Shown piece by piece: positions 54,301 through 64,000 of a DNA stretch of 64,000 nucleotides; position 1 is the first letter of the stretch, and the number at the start of each line of letters is the position of its first letter. Origin of the DNA: Auanema rhodensis. Lineage: Eukaryota; Animalia; Nematoda. Below the pieces are notes generated by a model. That model was given only the letters and a program-made list of their open reading frames with translations, had not been told where the DNA came from and ran no database searches. Position numbers and translations under genes: made by a program. The DNA is taken from assembly GCA_964057225.1 (NCBI GenBank), contig OZ059895.1, positions 2,790,001 to 2,854,000 on the forward strand, in the 5' to 3' direction.

Positions 54301-57300
54301 GAACGGATGTTTTCCTACGTAGGCTAGTAAAACATGCCCTTCAAAGCATCAGAACATGTGATCACATTTCAATTTTTTTGTATCTATCTTGTAAAGATAG
54401 TAATATATCATATGTTGAACACTATGTTGGAAAGATTTTAATTCAGATTTTTTCAACTTTCACTCAGTTTGTTTTCTAAACTTTGATTAAGAACCTTGTT
54501 GTTTGTACACCCATAAAATATACGCAGCACAGGTTACCCTTAAATAATGAACTGACCGTCTAATCAGACATGGATCTTCCCAAGTTCTGTTGCTTGAATG
54601 GATGTTTTCCTACGTAGGCTAGTAAAACATGCCCTTCAAAGCATCAGAACATGTGATCACATTCCAATTTTTTTGTATCTATCTTATAAAGATAGTAATA
54701 TATCATATGTTGAACACTATGTTGGAAAGATTTTAATTCAGATTTTCTAACTTTTATTCAGTTTGTTTTTTAAACTTTGATTAAGAACTTTGATTTTTGT
54801 ACACCCATAAATTATACGCAGCACAGGTTACCCTTAAATAATGAACTGACCGACTAATCAGACATGGATCTTTCCTAGTTCTGTTGCTTGAATGGATGTT
54901 TTCCTACGTAGGCTAGTAAAACATGCCCTTCAAAGCATCAGAACATGTGATCACATTCCAATTTTTTTGAAATCTATCTTGTAAAGATAGTAATAATCTT
55001 TGATTTTTATACACCCATAAATTATACGCAGCACAGGTTACCCTTAAATAATGAACTGACCGACTAATCAGACATGGATCTTTCCTAGTTCTGTTGCTTG
55101 AATGGATGTTTTCCTACGTAGGCTAGTAAAACATGCCCTTCAAAGCATCAGAACATGTGATCACATTCCAATTTTTTTGTATCTATCTTGTAAAGATAGT
55201 AATATATCATATGTTGAACACTATGTTGGAAAGATTTTAATTCAGATTTTCTAACTTTTATTCAGTTTGTTTTTTAAACTTTGATTAGGAACTTTGATTT
55301 TTGTACACCCATAAATTATACGCAGCACAGGTTACCCTTAAATAATGAACTGACCGACTAATCAGACATGGATCTTTCCTAGTTCTGTTGCTTGAATGGA
55401 TGTTTTCCTACGTAGGCTAGTAAAACATGCCCTTCAAAGCATCAGAACATGTGATCACATTCCAGTTTTTTTGTATCTATCTTGTAAAGATAGTAATATA
55501 TCATATGTTGAACACTATGTTGGAAAGATTTTAATTCAGATTTTTTCAACTTTCACTCAGTTTGTTTTCTAAACTTTGATTAAGAACCTTGTTGTTTGTA
55601 CACCCATAAATTATACGCAGCACAGGTTACCCTTAAATAATGAACTGACCGACTAATCAGACATGGATCTTTCCTAGTTCTGTTGCTTGAATGGATGTTT
55701 TCCTACGTAGGCTAGTAAAACATGCCCTTCAAAGCATCAGAACATGTGATCACATTCCAGTTTTTTTGTATCTATCTTGTAAAGATAGTAATATATCATA
55801 TGTTGAACACTATGTTGGAAAGATTTTAATTCAGATTTTTTCAACTTTCACTCAGTTTGTTTTCTAAACTTTGATTAAGAACCTTGTTGTTTGTACACCC
55901 ATAAATTATACGCAGCACAGGTTACCCTTAAATAATGAACTGACCGACTAATCAGACATGGATCTTTCCTAGTTCTGTTGCTTGAATGGATGTTTTCCTA
56001 CGTAGGCTAGTAAAACATGCCCTTCAAAGCATCAGAACATGTGATCACATTCCAATATTTTTTTATCTATCTTGTAAAGATAGTAATATATCATATGTTG
56101 AACACTATGTTGGAAAGATTTTAATTCAGATTTTTTCAACTTTCACTCAGTTTGTTTTCTAAACTTTGATTAAGAACCTTGAGTTTTGTACACCCATAAA
56201 TTATACGCAGCACAGGTTACCCTTAAATAATGAACTGACCGACTAATCAGACATGGATCTTTCCTAGTTCTGTTGCTTGAATGGATGTTTTCCTACGTAG
56301 GCTAGTAAAACATGCCCTTCAAAGCATCAGAACATGTGATCACATTCCAATTTTTTTGTATCTATCTTGTAAAGATAGTAATATATCATATGTTGAACAC
56401 TATGTTGGAAAAATTTTAATTCAGATTTTCGAACTTTTTTTCAGTTTGTTTTTCAAACTTTGATTAAGAACTTTGATTTTCGTACACCCATAAATTATAC
56501 GCAGCACAGGTTACCCTTAATTAATGAACTGACCGACTAATCAGACATGGATCTTTCCAAGTTCTGTTGCTTGAACGGATGTTTTCCTACGTAGGCTAGT
56601 AAAACATGCCCTTCAAAGCATCAGAACATGTGACCACATTCCAATTTTTTTGTATCTATCTTGTAAAGATAGTAATAAACTTTGATTTTTGTACACCCAT
56701 AAATTATACGCAGCACAGGTTACCCTTAAATAATGAACTGACTGTCTAATCAGACATGGATCTTCCCAAGTTCTGTTGCTTGAATGGATGTTTTCCTACG
56801 TAGGCTAGTAAAACATGCCCTTCAAAGCATCAGAACATGTGATCACATTCCAATTTTTTTGTATCTATCTTGTAAAGATAGTAATATATCATATGTTGAA
56901 CACTATGTTGGAAAGATTTTAATTCAGATTTTCGAACTTTTATTCAGTTTGTTTTTTAAACTTTGATTAAGAACTTTGATTTTTGTACACCCATAAATTA
57001 TACGCAGCACAGGTTACCCTTAATTAATGAACTGCCCGACTAATCAGACATGGATCTTTCCAAGTTCTGTTGCTTGAATGGATGTTTTCCTACGTAGGCT
57101 AGTAAAACATGCCCTTCAAAGCATCAGAACATGTGATCACATTCCAATTTTTTTGTATCTATCTTGTAAAGATAGTAATATATCATATGTTGAACACTAT
57201 GTTGGAAAGATTTTAATTCAGATTTTTTCAACTTTCACTCAGTTTGTTTTCTAAACTTTGATTAAGAACCTTGAGTTTTGTACACCCATAAATTATACGC

Positions 57301-59115
57301 AGCACAGGTTACCCTTAAATAATGAACTGACCGACTAATCAGACATGGATCTTTCCTAGTTCTGTTGCTTGAATGGATGTTTTCCTACGTAGGCTAGTAA
57401 AACATGCCCTTCAAAGCATCAGAACATGTGATCACATTCCAATTTTTTTGTATCTATCTTGTAAAGATAGTAATTATATCATATGTTGAACACTATGTTG
57501 GAAAGATTTTAATTCAGATTTTCTAACTTTTATTCAGTTTGTTTTTTAAACTTTGATTAAGAACTTTGATTTTCGTACACCCATAAATTATACGCAGCAC
57601 AGGTTACCCTTAAATAATGAACTGAAAGACTAATCAGACATGGATCTTTCCTAGTTCTGTTGCTTGAATGGATGTTTTCCTACGTAGGCTAGTAAAACAT
57701 GCCCTTCAAAGCATCAGAACATGTGATCACATTCCAATATTTTTGTATCTATCTTGTAAAGATAGTAATATATCATATGTTGAACACTATGTTGGAAAGA
57801 TTTTAATTCAGATTTTCTAACTTTTATTCAGTTTGTTTTTTAAACTTTGATTAAGAACTTTGATTTTTGTACACCCATAAATTATACGCAGCACAGGTTA
57901 CCCTTGAATAATGAACTGACCGACTAATCAGACATGGATCTTTCCTAGTTCTGTTGCTTGAATGGATGTTTTCCTACGTAGGCTAGTAAAACATGCCCTT
58001 CAAAGCATCAGAACATGTGATCACATTCCAATTTTTTTGTATCTATCTTGTAAAGATAGTAATAAACTTTGATTTTTGTACACCCATAAATTATACGCAG
58101 CACAGGTTACCCTTAAATAATGAACTGACCGACTAATCAGACATGGATCTTTCCAAGTTCTGTTGCTTGAACGGATGTTTTCCTACGTAGGCTAGTAAAA
58201 CATGCCCTTCAAAGCATCAGAACATGTGATCACATTTCAATTTTTTTGTATCTATCTTGTAAAGATAGTAATATATCATATGTTGAACACTATGTTGGAA
58301 AGATTTTAATTCAGATTTTTTCAACTTTCACTCAGTTTGTTTTCTAAACTTTGATTAAGAACCTTGTTGTTTGTACACCCATAAAATATACGCAGCACAG
58401 GTTACCCTTAAATAATGAACTGACCGTCTAATCAGACATGGATCTTCCCAAGTTCTGTTGCTTGAATGGATGTTTTCCTACGTAGGCTAGTAAAACATGC
58501 CCTTCAAAGCATCAGAACATGTGATCACATTCCAATTTTTTTGTATCTATCTTATAAAGATAGTAATATATCATATGTTGAACACTATGTTGGAAAGATT
58601 TTAATTCAGATTTTCTAACTTTTATTCAGTTTGTTTTTTAAACTTTGATTAAGAACTTTGATTTTTGTACACCCATAAATTATACGCAGCACAGGTTACC
58701 CTTAAATAATGAACTGACCGACTAATCAGACATGGATCTTTCCTAGTTCTGTTGCTTGAATGGATGTTTTCCTACGTAGGCTAGTAAAACATGCCCTTCA
58801 AAGCATCAGAACATGTGATCACATTCCAATTTTTTTGAAATCTATCTTGTAAAGATAGTAATAATCTTTGATTTTTATACACCCATAAATTATACGCAGC
58901 ACAGGTTACCCTTAAATAATGAACTGACCGACTAATCAGACATGGATCTTTCCTAGTTCTGTTGCTTGAATGGATGTTTTCCTACGTAGGCTAGTAAAAC
59001 ATGCCCTTCAAAGCATCAGAACATGTGATCACATTCCAATTTTTTTGTATCTATCTTGTAAAGATAGTAATATATCATATGTTGAACACTATGTTGGAAA
59101 GATTTTAATTCAGAT
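51305..59115. repeat. Higher-order repeat, 3868-bp period (14 monomers including three deletion units), 2 copies
   Basis: Offsets 52413/56281, 52916/56784 and 54892/58760 are 3868. The private variants GAACTGCCCG, GACTGTCTA, GTAATTATATC, CCCTTGAATA and CTTATAAAG recur in phase. Confidence 0.92.
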
Positions 59116-61000
59116 TTACGAACTTTTATTCAGTTTGTTTTTTAAACTTTGATTAAGAACTTTGATTTTTGTACACCCATAAATTATACGCAGCACAGGT
59201 TACCCTTAAATAATGAACTGACCGACTAATCAGACATGGATCTTTCCAAGTTCTGTTGCTTGAATGGATGTTTTCCTACGTAGGCTAGTAAAACATGCCC
59301 TTCAAAGCATCAGAACATGTGACCACATTCCAATTTTTTTGTATCTATCTTGTAAAGATAGTAATATATCATATGTTGAACACTATGTTGGAAAGATTTT
59401 AATTCAGATTTTCTAACTTTTATTCAGTTTGTTTTTTAAACTTTGATTAAGAACTTTGATTTTTGTACACCCATAAATTATACGCAGCACAGGTTACCCT
59501 TAAATAATGAACTGACCGACTAATCAGACATGGATCTTTCCTAGTTCTGTTGCTTGAATGGATGTTTTCCTACGTAGGCTAGTAAAACATGCCCTTCAAA
59601 GCATCAGAACATGTGATCACATTCCAGTTTTTTTGTATCTATCTTGTAAAGATAGTAATATATCATATGTTGAACACTATGTTGGAAAGATTTTAATTCA
59701 GATTTTTTCAACTTTCACTCAGTTTGTTTTCTAAACTTTGATTAAGAACCTTGTTGTTTGTACACCCATAAATTATACGCAGCACAGGTTACCCTTAAAT
59801 AATGAACTGACCGACTAATCAGACATGGATCTTTCCTAGTTCTGTTGCTTGAATGGATGTTTTCCTACGTAGGCTAGTAAAACATGCCCTTCAAAGCATC
59901 AGAACATGTGATCACATTCCAATATTTTTTTATCTATCTTGTAAAGATAGTAATATATCATATGTTGAACACTATGTTGGAAAGATTTTAATTCAGATTT
60001 TTTCAACTTTCACTCAGTTTGTTTTCTAAACTTTGATTAAGAACCTTGAGTTTTGTACACCCATAAATTATACGCAGCACAGGTTACCCTTAAATAATGA
60101 ACTGACCGACTAATCAGACATGGATCTTTCCTAGTTCTGTTGCTTGAATGGATGTTTTCCTACGTAGGCTAGTAAAACATGCCCTTCAAAGCATCAGAAC
60201 ATGTGATCACATTCCAATTTTTTTGAAATCTATCTTGTAAAGATAGTAATAATCTTTGATTTTTATACACCCATAAATTATACGCAGCACAGGTTACCCT
60301 TAAATAATGAACTGACCGACTAATCAGACATGGATCTTTCCTAGTTCTGTTGCTTGAATGGATGTTTTCCTACGTAGGCTAGTAAAACATGCCCTTCAAA
60401 GCATCAGAACATGTGATCACATTCCAATTTTTTTGTATCTATCTTGTAAAGATAGTAATATATCATATGTTGAACACTATGTTGGAAAGATTTTAATTCA
60501 GATTTACGAACTTTTATTCAGTTTGTTTTTTAAACTTTGATTAAGAACTTTGATTTTTGTACACCCATAAATTATACGCAGCACAGGTTACCCTTAAATA
60601 ATGAACTGACCGACTAATCAGACATGGATCTTTCCAAGTTCTGTTGCTTGAATGGATGTTTTCCTACGTAGGCTAGTAAAACATGCCCTTCAAAGCATCA
60701 GAACATGTGACCACATTCCAATTTTTTTGTATCTATCTTGTAAAGATAGTAATATATCATATGTTGAACACTATGTTGGAAAGATTTTAATTCAGATTTT
60801 CTAACTTTTATTCAGTTTGTTTTTTAAACTTTGATTAAGAACTTTGATTTTTGTACACCCATAAATTATACGCAGCACAGGTTACCCTTAAATAATGAAC
60901 TGACCGACTAATCAGACATGGATCTTTCCTAGTTCTGTTGCTTGAATGGATGTTTTCCTACGTAGGCTAGTAAAACATGCCCTTCAAAGCATCAGAACAT
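58680..61000. repeat. Higher-order repeat, 1388-bp period (5 monomers), ~1.7 copies
   Basis: Offsets 58760/60148 and 58970/60358 (GATTTACGAAC variant) are 1388. Confidence 0.85.
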
Positions 61001-61828
61001 GTGACCACATTCCAATTTTTTTGTATCTATCTTGTAAAGATAGTAATATATCATATGTTGAACACTATGTTGGAAAGATTTTAATTCAGATTTTCTAACT
61101 TTTATTCAGTTTGTTTTTTAAACTTTGATTAGGAACTTTGATTTTTGTACACCCATAAATTATACGCAGCACAGGTTACCCTTAAATAATGAACTGACCG
61201 ACTAATCAGACATGGATCTTTCCTAGTTCTGTTGCTTGAATGGATGTTTTCCTACGTAGGCTAGTAAAACATGCCCTTCAAAGCATCAGAACATGTGATC
61301 ACATTCCAGTTTTTTTGTATCTATCTTGTAAAGATAGTAATATATCATATGTTGAACACTATGTTGGAAAGATTTTAATTCAGATTTTTTCAACTTTCAC
61401 TCAGTTTGTTTTCTAAACTTTGATTAAGAACCTTGTTGTTTGTACACCCATAAATTATACGCAGCACAGGTTACCCTTAAATAATGAACTGACCGACTAA
61501 TCAGACATGGATCTTTCCTAGTTCTGTTGCTTGAATGGATGTTTTCCTACGTAGGCTAGTAAAACATGCCCTTCAAAGCATCAGAACATGTGATCACATT
61601 CCAATTTTTTTGTATCTATCTTGTGAAGATAGTAATATATCATATGTTGAACACTATGTTGGAAAAATTTTAATTCAGATTTTCGAACTTTTTTTCAGTT
61701 TGTTTTTCAAACTTTGATTAAGAACTTTGATTTTCGTACACCCATAAATTATACGCAGCACAGGTTACCCTTAAATAATGAACTGACCGACTAATCAGAC
61801 ATGGATCTTTCCTAGTTCTGTTGCTTGA

Positions 61829-64000
61829 ATGGATGTTTTCCTACGTAGGCTAGTAAAACATGCCCTTCAAAGCATCAGAACATGTGATCACATTCCAATT
61901 TTTTTGTATCTATCTTGTGAAGATAGTAATATATCATATGTTGAACACTATGTTGGAAAAATTTTAATTCAGATTTTCGAACTTTTTTTCAGTTTGTTTT
62001 TCAAACTTTGATTAAGAACTTTGATTTTCGTACACCCATAAATTATACGCAGCACAGGTTACCCTTAATTAATGAACTGACCGACTAATCAGACATGGAT
62101 CTTTCCAAGTTCTGTTGCTTGAACGGATGTTTTCCTACGTAGGCTAGTAAAACATGCCCTTCAAAGCATCAGAACATGTGACCACATTCCAATTTTTTTG
62201 TATCTATCTTGTAAAGATAGTAATAAACTTTGATTTTTGTACACCCATAAATTATACGCAGCACAGGTTACCCTTAAATAATGAACTGACTGTCTAATCA
62301 GACATGGATCTTCCCAAGTTCTGTTGCTTGAATGGATGTTTTCCTACGTAGGCTAGTAAAACATGCCCTTCAAAGCATCAGAACATGTGATCACATTCCA
62401 ATTTTTTTGTATCTATCTTGTAAAGATAGTAATATATCATATGTTGAACACTATGTTGGAAAGATTTTAATTCAGATTTTCGAACTTTTATTCAGTTTGT
62501 TTTTTAAACTTTGATTAAGAACTTTGATTTTTGTACACCCATAAATTATACGCAGCACAGGTTACCCTTAATTAATGAACTGCCCGACTAATCAGACATG
62601 GATCTTTCCAAGTTCTGTTGCTTGAACGGATGTTTTCCTACGAAGGCTAGTAAAACATGCCCTTCAAAGCATCAGAACATGTGATCACATTCCAATATTT
62701 TTGTATCTATCTTGTAAAGATAGTAATATATCATATGTTGAACACTATGTTGGAAAGATTTTAATTCAGATTTTTTCAACTTTCACTCAGTTTGTTTTCT
62801 AAACTTTGATTAAGAACCTTGAGTTTTGTACACCCATAAATTATACGCAGCACAGGTTACCCTTAAATAATGAACTGACCGACTAATCAGACATGGATCT
62901 TTCCTAGTTCTGTTGCTTGAATGGATGTTTTCCTACGTAGGCTAGTAAAACATGCCCTTCAAAGCATCAGAACATGTGATCACATTCCAATTTTTTTGTA
63001 TCTATCTTGTAAAGATAGTAATTATATCATATGTTGAACACTATGTTGGAAAGATTTTAATTCAGATTTTCTAACTTTTATTCAGTTTGTTTTTTAAACT
63101 TTGATTAAGAACTTTGATTTTCGTACACCCATAAATTATACGCAGCACAGGTTACCCTTAAATAATGAACTGACCGACTAATCAGACATGGATCTTTCCT
63201 AGTTCTGTTGCTTGAATGGATGTTTTCCTACGTAGGCTAGTAAAACATGCCCTTCAAAGCATCAGAACATGTGATCACATTCCAATATTTTTGTATCTAT
63301 CTTGTAAAGATAGTAATATATCATATGTTGAACACTATGTTGGAAAGATTTTAATTCAGATTTTCTAACTTTTATTCAGTTTGTTTTTTAAACTTTGATT
63401 AAGAACTTTGATTTTTGTACACCCATAAATTATACGCAGCACAGGTTACCCTTGAATAATGAACTGACCGACTAATCAGACATGGATCTTTCCTAGTTCT
63501 GTTGCTTGAATGGATGTTTTCCTACGTAGGCTAGTAAAACATGCCCTTCAAAGCATCAGAACATGTGATCACATTCCAATTTTTTTGTATCTATCTTGTA
63601 AAGATAGTAATAAACTTTGATTTTTGTACACCCATAAATTATACGCAGCACAGGTTACCCTTAAATAATGAACTGACCGACTAATCAGACATGGATCTTT
63701 CCAAGTTCTGTTGCTTGAACGGATGTTTTCCTACGTAGGCTAGTAAAACATGCCCTTCAAAGCATCAGAACATGTGATCACATTTCAATTTTTTTGTATC
63801 TATCTTGTAAAGATAGTAATATATCATATGTTGAACACTATGTTGGAAAGATTTTAATTCAGATTTTTTCAACTTTCACTCAGTTTGTTTTCTAAACTTT
63901 GATTAAGAACCTTGTTGTTTGTACACCCATAAATTATACGCAGCACAGGTTACCCTTAAATAATGAACTGACCGACTAATCAGACATGGATCTTTCCTAG
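61829..64000. repeat. Third, partial copy of the 3868-bp HOR monomer order
   Basis: 61829 and 62332 correspond to 56281 and 56784 (offset 5548), with the same order of private variants: GACTGTCTA ~62288, CTGCCCG ~62580, GTAATTATATC ~63018, CCTTGAATA ~63450. Confidence 0.85.

Larger units (their letters stand above)
1..64000. repeat. Tandem satellite DNA array, ~294-296 bp monomer, ~224 head-to-tail copies, running off both window edges
   Basis: The landmark A(T/C)GGATGTTTTCCTACG recurs at 287, 581, 875, 1108, 1403, 1697, 1992 and so on to the end of the window. Spacing is 294/295/296 bp except at the 233-bp and 209/210-bp deletion units. No non-repeat sequence was found anywhere. Confidence 0.99.

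Noticed and set aside
13490-57630. Isolated singleton changes (e.g. ~13492, ~16626, ~20002, ~29437, ~44580, ~57626)
   Set aside because: They cannot be distinguished from consensus errors without reads, and no pattern is evident.
1403-62514. Dozens of 60-86 aa ORFs (MDVFLRRLVKH..., MYLSCKD...)
   Set aside because: They are translations of the same monomer. The start toggles ATG/ACG, the C-termini change with T-run frameshifts, there is no recognisable domain, and variation shows no reading-frame preservation.
1-64000. CRISPR array or repeat/variable-cassette system
   Set aside because: There are no unique spacers. The variable segments are homologous alleles of one sequence, and no cas, recombinase or reverse transcriptase genes are present.
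1-64000. Whole array as a sequencing or assembly artefact (collapsed or rolling-circle concatemer)
   Set aside because: Position-structured subtypes, two deletion classes and private variants indicate a real array, although copy numbers of near-identical HORs still need read confirmation.

Overview
The whole 64-kb window is one uninterrupted, head-to-tail array of an AT-rich (~32% GC by hand count of one unit) 294-296 bp satellite monomer. There are roughly 224 units, all in the same orientation and nearly identical. I see no genes, RNA genes, transposon insertions, inversions or CRISPR spacers, and every ORF in the supplied track is a chance product of the repeated monomer. The informative structure lies in the variants. 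Monomers are organised into local higher-order repeats (3937, 2064, 2590, 588, 2296, 1766, 1765, 2270, 3868 and 1388 bp periods). The array falls into three domains: a left domain marked by a 62-bp deletion monomer (233 bp, 15 copies, up to ~30.3 kb), a middle domain without deletion monomers, and a right domain marked by an 85-bp deletion monomer (209/210 bp, 12 copies, from ~42.7 kb). The monomer carries several dyad symmetries, internal sub-repeats, and a 10-bp motif that recurs in alternating orientation every ~147 bp. This resembles eukaryotic centromeric or pericentromeric satellite DNA (inference). I cannot name the organism or satellite family, and I find no support for a novel protein-coding system.
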